Shown piece by piece: positions 9,645 through 19,357 of a DNA stretch of 64,000 nt; position 1 is the stretch's first letter, and each line of letters begins with the position of its first letter. The notes beneath the pieces were generated by a model, which did not search any database, was not told the origin of the DNA, and was given only the letters and a program-made list of their open reading frames with translations. The translations under genes were made by a program, and so were the position numbers. Origin of the DNA: a virus (Duplodnaviria > Caudoviricetes); IMG/VR virus record IMGVR_UViG_3300031555_003117, positions 1-64,000 of that record; one strand, 5' to 3'.

Positions 9645-10070
9645 TTAAACTTTGATTTTTAGTTTATCAACAAGCTTTTGAAGCTCGTCAACTCCTGCAT
9701 TAAAAAAGTTGTCGTTAAAAAGGATGGTATCCACATCCTGCCGAAGCCAATGTGAATAATCGCGCTCCAACATTTTGCGTTCATCCTCTGTGAAACGGAA
9801 TCCATAAGGCTCTCCATTTGACATAACTGGCATATTTTTGCGTTTACCATATGCAATAGCATAGGTCAATTTCCCGCGTTCAAGCCCGTTCCCATCGCAG
9901 TTGTTTGCAAAATACTGCTTTGCATTTTCGCTGCCAGAGTAACAAATTAGTTTGCCATCATCCGTTGTGAGCCAACCGTCTTCTTCACTGATCTTTGTAC
10001 CATATGGAAGATTTAGTTTTTCTCCACATGCCGCTTCAAGCTTAAAGCGATGATGTACTATATATTCCAT
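9645..10070 (-). CDS. Hypothetical protein overlapping the 3' end of the DGR RT
   Basis: 141 aa ORF, RBS AAGGAG lies inside the RT coding sequence. Confidence 0.65.
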   Translation of the reverse strand: MEYIVHHRFKLEAACGEKLNLPYGTKISEEDGWLTTDDGKLICYSGSENAKQYFANNCDGNGLERGKLTYAIAYGKRKNMPVMSNGEPYGFRFTEDERKMLERDYSHWLRQDVDTILFNDNFFNAGVDELQKLVDKLKIKV

Positions 10071-11322
10071 TTTGTTTTTTCTCCTTTTCTCTTGTTAAAC
10101 GCTGCCGATATTTCCATCCGTTTATAGTCTTTATTGCTTTTAGTGTACATGGAAATTTCTTTTTGCGCTGACTAAGTTCATAAGCAAATAACTTCGCAAA
10201 TCTAGCATCCATAGCTCGAAGCGTATGGTAACTGTTACACCTTCTGGCATGTGCACGCCAAGATTGATAGAACTGAAATGCATCTTCTGGGAGCATCCTC
10301 CCTGTATCAACCCACGTTCTAAAAATGTCAAGCTTCCTGCGGATTGAACGAATGCTCACTCTGCCAAGTTTATTTGTAACTTTGCCGTTGTCGTTTAGCG
10401 AAAACCGCATTTTAAGAAATGTAAAACTGTGATGTTTAAAAGGTGTAATTACATTCTTTTTGTCACTCATTTGGATGCCAAGCTCATCGGCAATTCTATA
10501 AAGACTTTTCTTTATGTCTTCCAGTTCATTCAGATCATGACTGATAATATATCCGTCATCCATATATCTTCCGTAACCTTTTATTCTGCGCACATCCTTT
10601 ATATAGTGATCTATCGGATTGGCATAGTCCAAAGCTATAATTTGTGATATTTCACTACCAAGACCAACACCACGCATACAATCAGAATCCGCATCAAATC
10701 CCTGCATTAGTTTAAAATCATCAATATATTCACAAAGCAGTTCATATATACGGTCATCCTTTATTTTCTGACGTGCACGTTTCTTTATTTCATCATGCGG
10801 GAGGCTTCTGAAATAACCTTTGAAATCAAACTGGTATATTCCGCCTTCTGTACCATACACTCTGAAATGATGCTGCAAGTGCCCTCTGAGTCGTTTAATT
10901 GCAAAATCCATCCCTTTGTTTTCGAGACTTGCGGCGTTGTCGTATATAAAACTGCGTGAATATGCTTTGGTAAGCAAGTTGCTGCAAAGACACTTTTGTG
11001 CAGTTCTTTCTGCAATTGGAAGAGCGTCTATTTGCCTTGCTTTACCATGTTCTATTGTTACAAAGCTATGGAATCCCTTAAAATTCCGCGTATGGTTAAA
11101 TAGGTCTTTTTGAATCTTATTGCACTCAGATAGTAAGTTGTTCTCAAAGTTGATCGTGGATGTTTTCCACCGAACACCATCACAACATTTCTTGCCAGCC
11201 TTACATAAATTACCGAAGGAGAATACTTCTTCAAAAGTCTTTCCACCTGCAGCCTGTGCTTTGGCTTCTCTGCGTGCCTTTCTTCTTTGGTATCGAGCCT
11301 CATGTCTCTCTACACTGTTCAT
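10042..11322 (-). CDS. DGR reverse transcriptase
   Basis: GVGLGSEISQ and YGRYMDD motifs; adjacent TR and avd. Confidence 0.95.
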   Translation of the reverse strand: MNSVERHEARYQRRKARREAKAQAAGGKTFEEVFSFGNLCKAGKKCCDGVRWKTSTINFENNLLSECNKIQKDLFNHTRNFKGFHSFVTIEHGKARQIDALPIAERTAQKCLCSNLLTKAYSRSFIYDNAASLENKGMDFAIKRLRGHLQHHFRVYGTEGGIYQFDFKGYFRSLPHDEIKKRARQKIKDDRIYELLCEYIDDFKLMQGFDADSDCMRGVGLGSEISQIIALDYANPIDHYIKDVRRIKGYGRYMDDGYIISHDLNELEDIKKSLYRIADELGIQMSDKKNVITPFKHHSFTFLKMRFSLNDNGKVTNKLGRVSIRSIRRKLDIFRTWVDTGRMLPEDAFQFYQSWRAHARRCNSYHTLRAMDARFAKLFAYELSQRKKKFPCTLKAIKTINGWKYRQRLTREKEKKQNGIYSTSSL

Positions 11323-11634
11323 AATCGCAAATTGGATGCTTGTTATATGTACAACGAACAGAACAGATGAAGTATGCAGGCCGCATCAATTCCTGCGCCT
11401 TTTTATCCACTCTGTAATGGTTTTACCTAGCTGCGTGATGATCTACCCATGAAATCGCGATAACTCCATTAAACCTCGCAACCATGCAAAAAGCGTCCGG
11501 GCATTCATATCATATAACGACTTTAGGAATGAAATCCTTTACAGGATCAGGCTCCAAGGAACGAAATCTCCTTTAAGGGTGGGATAATGCTTCGCATAAT
11601 ATTATGCTACTTGTTCGTATCCCCGAATCTCAGT

Positions 11635-11761
11635 CTTAAATCACGGCGCAAACCCATTCGAATTGTAGGCGTTGTTATTGTTCGCACTACCATCGGTATT
11701 CACATTGCAGAAGTTGTTGCTGTTGTCCGAATTCACCGAACGCAACCACCAATTGCAGGCA
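11635..11761 (-). repeat. DGR template repeat (TR), 127 nt
   Basis: Aligns gap-free with 12352-12478; 12 of 13 differences are at TR adenines; AAC/AAT-rich. Confidence 0.95.
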
Positions 11762-11789
11762 AGGCCGTCAGATTTCGTCCTGCGTTCTC

Positions 11790-12257
11790 TCACGCCGTCA
11801 TGCTCATCCTTTCTTTTAATATTTTTTCATATCGTTGTTTGTCACTTGAAATTAAACCGCGTATTTTGGCATACGCATCATCTGCAAGCTGAATCCATGC
11901 TTGAAATACCCTGTCATAATCAGCACGGTTTTTGAAATAATTATTTCCGTCGTTCACAAGTTCATATAAGAATGTAATTTCGCTTCTCAATGCTCTTGTT
12001 GCACACTTCGCTTCAAGCAAAAGATTATGCCTTGTCAAATAATCATTTTCACTCAAAGTCTTGCAAATGAATATATCATTGGCTTTTTCGCAATTTACTA
12101 CAATTTCCCGAACAAGCTCTAGCAGGCCATTTGTAATCTCCCACCGATAGCTTTTCGGAAATTTGCGTACAATACGCATTGTTTCTTTGCGCAATTCCTT
12201 AGTAATCTGTAGAAATTCGGCTGATGCCGGTGCTCTTGCAGATTTGTATACTGACAT
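11790..12257 (-). CDS. avd: DGR accessory variability determinant (Avd-like four-helix bundle), 155 aa
   Basis: FPKSYRW..L motif, helical and basic; RBS GAAAGGA; lies between target and TR. Confidence 0.85.
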   Translation of the reverse strand: MSVYKSARAPASAEFLQITKELRKETMRIVRKFPKSYRWEITNGLLELVREIVVNCEKANDIFICKTLSENDYLTRHNLLLEAKCATRALRSEITFLYELVNDGNNYFKNRADYDRVFQAWIQLADDAYAKIRGLISSDKQRYEKILKERMSMTA

Positions 12258-12342
12258 AGTTCCATCCTTTCTTTTGTGCCGCAGATCCCCCAAAGCGCTT
12301 TCAGCTTTCGCTTCTGCGCTTATGGGAAGATTTGATTCAAGA

Positions 12343-14640
12343 TTAGGCCACCTTAAAGCACGGCGCAAACCCATACGAATAGTAGGCGTTGTTAGTGTTC
12401 GCACTACCACCGGTATACACACTGCAGAAGGTGTAGCTGTAGACCAAATACACCGAACGCAACCACCAATTGCAGGCAGTTGATGTGCCGTTACTCTTGT
12501 ATTTAATTTTTGAGTTGCCATTTGCATAATAGGCGTATTGTTTCTGATAGTTCTGCTCGGCGGAGTTTGCATAACTTCGTGTGCCTTGCACCTCAAATTC
12601 AGCGGGCAACCAGATCTTCGAAGAGGAGGATGTAACGTAGCTCGCAGTATTAGAACCGCCGCCAGTGTTATCGCTGTATTTCGTACATGCAGAAATTGCA
12701 CTCTGCAATGCGGAAGGCAATGCACTTAGGAAAGCGGGGCAAATTGTCTTGTTCATGTAGCTGCCGCTCCATCCGCCAGAGTTGGTATTGGTAGTATTCA
12801 TGCGGAATGCTGCCGTTGAACCACTTGAGCCATAGCTGCTGTCGCAGAACGCAATGTCTACGCCGCCAGATGCAGCCGTTTTACCCATCATAAAGTGAAT
12901 GCCATTGCCCTCAACGGAGGAGTTGTGGTTGAATCCAAGAATATAGGCGTAATACGTACCGCTCAGAGATGCCGCACCAACCGTGCCGCTCACTGCCACA
13001 GATTTGCGGTCGCCAACACTCCAATAGTTCGCACCCGTACCCGCAGCGCCAACAGACTTGATTACACTCCAATCATTGTTTTCAAGTGTAGTGCTAATGG
13101 TAGATACTGATACACTAATTGTACAGGTGTCACCCGTGTAATTATCGCCTTCCGCCAATGTAATTGTAATTGTGGCAGAACCATCGGCAACCGATTTCAC
13201 TGTAACAGTTGTACCGGAAATAGTAGCCGTTGCAACACCCGTTTTGTTGGAGGCTACACTCACCGCGCCGTCTCCAGTCTTTGTTATCGTTGCAGACTTT
13301 GTAGATCCTGCCGCGCCAGAAATAGTCAGTGAAGTGGGGGATACCGTAATAGAACCAGTTGCTTTCGCTATGCTCCAAGAAAGAGCAATATCTGCCGTAC
13401 CGCCGCCCGTCCACTGCGTACTTGTTTTGTCTTTTAGAGAAATGGTCACAGTGTAATCACCAGCGCCAGATGCGGATGTGTCGCCACTCTGGGTTTGGTA
13501 TGTTGCATTATAGTTGCTGATCGTGGGCGTCTTTGTATTACCGTCGTAGGTAAATGCACTTGTAGTGGTCGGCTTCGTCAAAGACAGTTTGCCAATTGAC
13601 CAGCTCAAAGACAGGGTAGTAGTAGTATTGTCACTCCATTGCGTATTATCGGGATCTGCAAGCGCAACAGTTACGATGTAACTACCAGCAGCCTTGCCCT
13701 CCGTATCACCGCCAAGGGTATGATAAGTTGAATTGTAGTCTTTTAAGCTAACAGCTTGCGTATTGTTGTTGAACGTGTACGTGCCGCTTACAGTGGGCTT
13801 TACAAGCGACATCTTTGCAATTGACCAATCAAGAGAAAGTGCGTCATTTGTGCCATCGCTCCACTGTGTATTATCAGGGTCGTTTAAGACAATAACCAGT
13901 GTATAATTGCCTGCATCAGTTGCAGAAATATCGCCACTCTTCGCGGTGCGGTTCGTATCAATGTTTTGAACAGTTACACTTTGTACCTCGCCATTATAAG
14001 TGTATGTGCCAGAAAGAGAGGGTATAGCGATGTTCATTTTCTCAATTGTCCATTGGAGCTGAATTGCATCGCTTGTATCATCATTCCACTCGGTATTAAG
14101 CGGGTCACTTAGGGATACTGTCAGTGTATATGTGCCAGCATCTGATGCGGATTCGTCACCGCTTTTGCTCATCTTGCCCGCATCAAAACCATCAAGCGCG
14201 ACCGTCTGCGTATTGCCAGTATAAGTGTAACTTCCTGTAATAGTGGGCTTATCAATTGCAATTCTTTCAATTGTCCACTCAGCAGTTGCAACTCCGCCAT
14301 ATTCCATAATTCCAAGAATAGAGAGAGTGTGTGTGCCTGCATTGACGGCAGTATTATTTGTAATAATATAATCTGTGCCTTCAACCAGCGTTACACCGTC
14401 AAGGACAACAGATTCAACTTTCTGTTCTTTCTCGGTTCCATCATATAAAAAAGCTGCGGTCTCCAATGTAACCACAGCATCCTCGATTGATTTTCCAGCC
14501 CCCGCAGAAATTCCTCTGATTAGTGGGGCAAGATCATCGCTATTCGCATCGGTCGGCACTTCAACACCCTTATTTGCAATTTCTTCAAGCGCGGAAGTTA
14601 CATTGCCTGCAATGCGCGTGATTTCAGATTGAATACTCAT
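12343..14640 (-). CDS. DGR target: receptor-binding/fibre protein with tandem Ig-like repeats and C-terminal CLec-type (DUF6273-like) domain
   Basis: About five repeats of TYTYNG..Q...AG.YT...L.D..NT.W; C-terminal NWWLRS...APCF encoded by the VR. Confidence 0.9.
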   Translation of the reverse strand: MSIQSEITRIAGNVTSALEEIANKGVEVPTDANSDDLAPLIRGISAGAGKSIEDAVVTLETAAFLYDGTEKEQKVESVVLDGVTLVEGTDYIITNNTAVNAGTHTLSILGIMEYGGVATAEWTIERIAIDKPTITGSYTYTGNTQTVALDGFDAGKMSKSGDESASDAGTYTLTVSLSDPLNTEWNDDTSDAIQLQWTIEKMNIAIPSLSGTYTYNGEVQSVTVQNIDTNRTAKSGDISATDAGNYTLVIVLNDPDNTQWSDGTNDALSLDWSIAKMSLVKPTVSGTYTFNNNTQAVSLKDYNSTYHTLGGDTEGKAAGSYIVTVALADPDNTQWSDNTTTTLSLSWSIGKLSLTKPTTTSAFTYDGNTKTPTISNYNATYQTQSGDTSASGAGDYTVTISLKDKTSTQWTGGGTADIALSWSIAKATGSITVSPTSLTISGAAGSTKSATITKTGDGAVSVASNKTGVATATISGTTVTVKSVADGSATITITLAEGDNYTGDTCTISVSVSTISTTLENNDWSVIKSVGAAGTGANYWSVGDRKSVAVSGTVGAASLSGTYYAYILGFNHNSSVEGNGIHFMMGKTAASGGVDIAFCDSSYGSSGSTAAFRMNTTNTNSGGWSGSYMNKTICPAFLSALPSALQSAISACTKYSDNTGGGSNTASYVTSSSSKIWLPAEFEVQGTRSYANSAEQNYQKQYAYYANGNSKIKYKSNGTSTACNWWLRSVYLVYSYTFCSVYTGGSANTNNAYYSYGFAPCFKVA
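12352..12478 (-). repeat. DGR variable repeat (VR)
   Basis: Encodes the C-terminal ACNWWLRSVYLVYSYTFCSVYTGGSANTNNAYYSYGFAPCFK; A-specific divergence from TR. Confidence 0.95.
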
Positions 14641-14688
14641 CTATTTCCTCCTGTGACATACCAATACTTTAATTGATATGTTGTATAG

Positions 14689-16902
14689 TTAAATTGCTGC
14701 AAGTTGTGCAGCCAATCCTTGTATTGCTGCAAGATCAGCGTAAAAAGTCGATTCCGTATCAGTATATCCGCCAGCTTGAGCTGCCGCATAAGCGCTTTGA
14801 CCGCTTTCGCCAGTATCGCCCTTCATATTTTTAAATTCAAAATGAAAGGTTCGTGCAGTATCTGTTCCGCCAAGGCTTACTTCTACTTCGGGCACACCGA
14901 TGTCATTATTTACATTGGCAGTTGCGTTGATAATAGTTGCATTCTCGCCATTCATAACATCAATAACTTCTTCGCCATCAATATCAGTAATGGTAAGCCT
15001 GTGCCCATCTTCAATATCCGTCGATGTAATAGTGGGTGAGAACGCGGTTTTGCCAACTTCGTCAATGATATTGCGCACACTGGCGTCAAAGTTGTTTACT
15101 TGCGAAACTGCAATTGATGCATCATCGGCAAGGCTAGAAGCGACATCGGCGCAATCTGCACGGTTTACAACGCCGTCTTTATTATCGTCGTATGTAGCTG
15201 CCAACATATCACCAGATCCATCACCGTCTGCGCCATCATTAATCGTGGCAGTATGCGTTCCATTCACATCTACGATAGTGACCGTTGTTACTTTGCCCGC
15301 TTTCGACACGCTAATTATGGGCGATATGCCATCCGCACCATCAAGAATATCTGTTGATTGTGTGCCATTTGCATCTGTAACAGATAAACGATGTCCATCT
15401 GTAATCGCTTCGATATTTACGATGGGGGAAACCCCATCTTCGCCTTTTGAGCCGTTCTGTACTGTAAAATCACTTGTACTACCATCGCTTAGAGTGACAG
15501 TCAATACATTATCCCCATCATTTGCGTCTGATTGAAATGTCTGCTTAACGCTTGTTATACTTATACCGTCTGTGCCGTTAAGGGAGTCCAACCATTCTTC
15601 TTCGCTGCCCTCAAATCCATGCTGAGTGGCAATTTCAAAAGCAGAATCACCTGTATCGCCTTTGTGCCCGTGGATATTTACGGTAGCCGGATTGTCCAAT
15701 CCCTTATCATTTGTCCAGCTCAAATCGCCTTCGTCAGTTAGCGACGGCGTAAAAGTAGCACCATTATCGCCAGTGTCGCCCTTAAGATCAACTGTACTTG
15801 TTCCGCTTGCAGACGTAAGCGTTAGCTCTGTTCCACTAAAACTGTGTTCAACAGAAACGCCATTATCGCCAGTGTCGCCCTTTTTACCATCCAATATTTC
15901 AAAGGTACTGCTGTCATTTTCGTTTACAACGGTTACTTTGTGCCCTCCGGAAATAGTCTCAACATTAATTGACGGAGAATAACCAGTATCGCCTTTATCG
16001 CCTTTCTCTCCGTGTCTGGCAGTAGCTGTGGTCGTTCCGTTTTCGTCTGTAATGGTGATAACTGCGCCATCTTCTGTCTCTTCAACATTGGCAGATGGGC
16101 TGTATCCATCCATAACATCAAATGTGATTAAGTAATCACCATTTTGAATCGTAACACTATGACCACCTTCTATATCTGCGCTGGAAATTGTAGCACGCGG
16201 AAGAACAAGCGTCTTATTGGCGATAGTGGGCATTTCATTATTGCTTGCAGTGAAGCTTACGATCACCCTGTCTCCATCCTGTGTAAATACCGGTTTGTAA
16301 TAACCACCATCTTCGCCATTCAGGATTGTAGTCGTAGTTGTACCGGTTTTATCTGTCACAGTTAATATTGCGCCATCGGACGTCTGTCTTGTCGCAGCAG
16401 AAGGTGAATAGTTTGTCAATGTACCATTTGCAATGTATTTTTCAAATTCACTTTGAACAGTTTCTTCAACAAGTTCGACAGTGGTTCCACTGTGCTCAAT
16501 CTCGTACATCTTCTGATTGGCTTCGTTAACCATCTCTACCAACTGAGCATATAACGAATTTGACACTTCTGTACTATCTGCATTTGCAAGCAGCATGTTT
16601 TCATCAATCGTTAATTCAAGATGGTTGCTTGTACCAATAACTGCGTTGTTATTTGAACCGAACAACATAAGTAGACACTTACCAGCCTTAATCTCCGCTG
16701 GCATATATGCCGCATAGTTTCCGTCAAGATACTGATTGTAGGCAATATCTCCCTGCCTGAATTGGGCAAATGTAGTCAATTCTTTCCATTCGTTCGGCAG
16801 ATCAAATATAAACCTTACAAAACGCTGCGTTCCGGCGACATACCTTTTTAAGTTTGTCGTTATCTTCAACTTCTGATTAACGACAGTAACAAGTATATCC
16901 AT
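14689..16902 (-). CDS. BppU-like baseplate/fibre protein with collagen-like G-X-Y repeats
   Basis: N-terminal RFIFDLPNEW...FAQF; repeated GxKGDxG triplets. Confidence 0.75.
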   Translation of the reverse strand: MDILVTVVNQKLKITTNLKRYVAGTQRFVRFIFDLPNEWKELTTFAQFRQGDIAYNQYLDGNYAAYMPAEIKAGKCLLMLFGSNNNAVIGTSNHLELTIDENMLLANADSTEVSNSLYAQLVEMVNEANQKMYEIEHSGTTVELVEETVQSEFEKYIANGTLTNYSPSAATRQTSDGAILTVTDKTGTTTTTILNGEDGGYYKPVFTQDGDRVIVSFTASNNEMPTIANKTLVLPRATISSADIEGGHSVTIQNGDYLITFDVMDGYSPSANVEETEDGAVITITDENGTTTATARHGEKGDKGDTGYSPSINVETISGGHKVTVVNENDSSTFEILDGKKGDTGDNGVSVEHSFSGTELTLTSASGTSTVDLKGDTGDNGATFTPSLTDEGDLSWTNDKGLDNPATVNIHGHKGDTGDSAFEIATQHGFEGSEEEWLDSLNGTDGISITSVKQTFQSDANDGDNVLTVTLSDGSTSDFTVQNGSKGEDGVSPIVNIEAITDGHRLSVTDANGTQSTDILDGADGISPIISVSKAGKVTTVTIVDVNGTHTATINDGADGDGSGDMLAATYDDNKDGVVNRADCADVASSLADDASIAVSQVNNFDASVRNIIDEVGKTAFSPTITSTDIEDGHRLTITDIDGEEVIDVMNGENATIINATANVNNDIGVPEVEVSLGGTDTARTFHFEFKNMKGDTGESGQSAYAAAQAGGYTDTESTFYADLAAIQGLAAQLAAI

Positions 16903-17019
16903 ATAATCCTCCGAACTGCATATAATAGCGTACTATATATAGATATTTCGGATTGCAAAATATACTATATATAGTGAGTTTATGCAAATAAAAAGCTGAT
17001 TTTATTCTTAATATCAATG

Positions 17020-17478
17020 TCAGCCCTCAAGATCGCCAACGATTGGAAGACGCCTTACGCGCTCTACAAGCGTTTTAACATATCCATTGCCATGAAAAAT
17101 CTCAGTATACTCTTGATACATTTCTTCAAGCGATCTCAGCTTTCCAGCGGAGATTTCGTTCAAGCTTAATGCATCATCGCATGTGTGAACAATTTGATAT
17201 CGTATCTGTTTAAGATTTACTTCTCTTTGTTCTTCCAAGGAATATTTGATTTCTCGCAATGAATCCTTGATCTCTTTTAGGGTATCATCATGTTTATTAA
17301 GGAGTGTTCGTTGCTTTTCATTTTCATCCTTAATTTTGTTGTACTTGGTAAATAGTTTATAGAGCTTAATGGCAGCAGTGCAAAGTGCGGCAATTATAGC
17401 GCAGATTACAACAATCCACGCTACAATCGTACCAACCGGAATACCCGCCAATAGCTCCCATATTGATTTTGTGTCCAT
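17020..17478 (-). CDS. Holin-like single-TM plus coiled-coil protein
   Basis: N-terminal TM helix, LEEMYQEY..GNGYV motif; follows endolysin. Confidence 0.65.
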   Translation of the reverse strand: MDTKSIWELLAGIPVGTIVAWIVVICAIIAALCTAAIKLYKLFTKYNKIKDENEKQRTLLNKHDDTLKEIKDSLREIKYSLEEQREVNLKQIRYQIVHTCDDALSLNEISAGKLRSLEEMYQEYTEIFHGNGYVKTLVERVRRLPIVGDLEG

Positions 17479-17499
17479 TACAGGCACCTCACGTTATTG

Positions 17500-18513
17500 T
17501 TATTTCTTATCAAGGTATACCGAAGAACAGTATCCTGCCATACCGTTGTAAGTGACCTGCAGCCACTTTGTACCATTAACAACCTGGTATTTCCCAGTGC
17601 AGACAACTGTTTTCCCCTTTGGAATAACTGTAAGCACCTTATTATCTGTACCAGCACCGTATCTCATATTTAGCTTTCCAGTAGTAACATACGCTCCAGA
17701 AATCAAACTGGTATTCTCAACAAAACTATAATAGGCTTCATTACGATTGCTGGTATAAGCATAACCCTTATCGCAACTGGGGTAAGCGATCTTCAACCAT
17801 CCATTATTGTTTTTCTCTAGGACTTCAACCTGCGTTCCCTTTTTAATTACTCCATATGAAGAATATGAAGTGCCAGCACCACTGCGAATATTCATGGCCT
17901 GTTTTGCCGTCGCAGTACCAATACCCTTCCCAACATATGATGTATTTTTTGAATTGGTTGTAGTACCTACCGCCTCTTCTTCCGCATCGTCTCCGTTATC
18001 TAGAACGATGGCTGTATGCCCTTTTACGGAAGTACATAAGATGTCTCCGCGTAGCAACAGCTTGTCAGAATGAATATACTTGGATGCAGTGTACACTTTG
18101 AATAGCCCAGTCTTTTTTAATGCTGTAGCTTCGCTTGCGGTGTAGAAGTCAGGAACCTTAATGCCGTTGCCGACTTTTACACAAGCATACTGTACACAAA
18201 CACGAACCAAACGAGCGCAGTCAGTTTCTGTCGGATCATCAGCCTTGGATGGATCAAATCCATTATCCTTCACATCATCCCACAGATCTTGATTCTGTAG
18301 CTGGTCGTATCCAATATTGTCATTTTTTGCAGCCTTTTCGCCTGCTTCTGCAATATAAGGGCGCATTTTAGGATCAGTACAGCGAATCAAAACCCAGTCT
18401 TTAGAATGATCGTACCAGTTACGAATGCAAACTTCTTTGCCAGTCTGATCGCCAGCCGTACCTCGAATCGTGCCATTTTCAGATATAGAAGCATGTGCTA
18501 ATCTTACGCTCAT
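17500..18513 (-). CDS. Endolysin: NlpC/P60-like catalytic domain plus two SH3b domains
   Basis: IGYDQ...ETDCARLV...GHTAIV catalytic pattern; two NIR/NMR-xGAGT SH3b repeats. Confidence 0.8.
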   Translation of the reverse strand: MSVRLAHASISENGTIRGTAGDQTGKEVCIRNWYDHSKDWVLIRCTDPKMRPYIAEAGEKAAKNDNIGYDQLQNQDLWDDVKDNGFDPSKADDPTETDCARLVRVCVQYACVKVGNGIKVPDFYTASEATALKKTGLFKVYTASKYIHSDKLLLRGDILCTSVKGHTAIVLDNGDDAEEEAVGTTTNSKNTSYVGKGIGTATAKQAMNIRSGAGTSYSSYGVIKKGTQVEVLEKNNNGWLKIAYPSCDKGYAYTSNRNEAYYSFVENTSLISGAYVTTGKLNMRYGAGTDNKVLTVIPKGKTVVCTGKYQVVNGTKWLQVTYNGMAGYCSSVYLDKK

Positions 18514-18555
18514 GTTACTATCCCTCCAATACATAAGTAATAAAGTGCAGATACA

Positions 18556-18957
18556 TTATGCTGCATCTGCACTCTCAGTCTTGTTTCCCGCAATAATCTC
18601 ACGAAGAGTATTAAGGGAATTATCAATTTCTTTGTCAATCCATTGAATGATTTCTTCCTGATTGGCTATCTTTTTCAGAATGGGATATTCTGCATATACC
18701 CTTGCAATTACCTGTGAGCGCTTAATGCTCCCAGCTTTATTCCATTCCTCAAAATCCATTTCAGCATCAGTAATCAGTTTAAGAATGCTTTCACGAATAT
18801 ACGATTTTGCAATTTCAACCTTTTCTTCATTGCTCTTGACAACGTAACTTTTTACTTTTTTGACCAGCCCAATAATAAGGCCGATTGTCACCATAATCGC
18901 AGTCCAGTTGTTGCTGATAAATTCCAGAAATCTGTTTAATCCATTTAGAAAATTCAT
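18556..18957 (-). CDS. Holin-like protein
   Basis: N-terminal TM (NNWTAIMVTIGLIIGLV), GSIKRSQVI motif; upstream of endolysin. Confidence 0.65.
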   Translation of the reverse strand: MNFLNGLNRFLEFISNNWTAIMVTIGLIIGLVKKVKSYVVKSNEEKVEIAKSYIRESILKLITDAEMDFEEWNKAGSIKRSQVIARVYAEYPILKKIANQEEIIQWIDKEIDNSLNTLREIIAGNKTESADAA

Positions 18958-18970
18958 GCCGCTTCCTCCA

Positions 18971-19336
18971 TTATTCAAATGCCACAAAACCATCAAGATT
19001 CATAATGTCAATAGGCGTCAACTTCTGATTCTCCATTGCGTCAAGCGAAATGGTAATGGGTTTGAATTCAATTTCAGGTTCAAAATCTCCAAGCTCTTCT
19101 AACTCGCCTCTGAATCCAATAAGTCCTTCTCGATCTTTAAAACGAATTGCACCATCATCACCAATCGTGCCACCGTATTTTTCCATTAGCTTGCGCTCCT
19201 GTTCGGCTTCAAACTTATAGGATGGTTCAAGTTGCTTCATCAATAGATATACATTATGTGAATCTCGGATAGGGAGAGGCATATTTGCAATGCGGTTCAA
19301 AGCATTGTATGCCTTGTTAATCTGATTCTGTTTCAT
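18971..19336 (-). CDS. Conserved phage protein downstream of tail spike
   Basis: 121 aa, RBS GGAG; typical position. Confidence 0.6.
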   Translation of the reverse strand: MKQNQINKAYNALNRIANMPLPIRDSHNVYLLMKQLEPSYKFEAEQERKLMEKYGGTIGDDGAIRFKDREGLIGFRGELEELGDFEPEIEFKPITISLDAMENQKLTPIDIMNLDGFVAFE

Positions 19337-19357
19337 GTTTTTCTCCTTCTTTATGTG

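Noticed and set aside
10042-11322. RT as group II intron, retron or Abi RT
   Set aside because: The TR/VR pair, avd and GxxLGSxxSQ motif identify a DGR
11790-12725. 311 aa ORF as a single protein
   Set aside because: The first 156 codons are an alternative frame of the DGR target; the RBS-supported avd begins at 12257
14689-16902. Repeated GGCGACACTGGCGATAATGG-type sequences as a CRISPR array
   Set aside because: They are collagen G-X-Y codons inside an ORF; no regular spacers and no cas genes in the window
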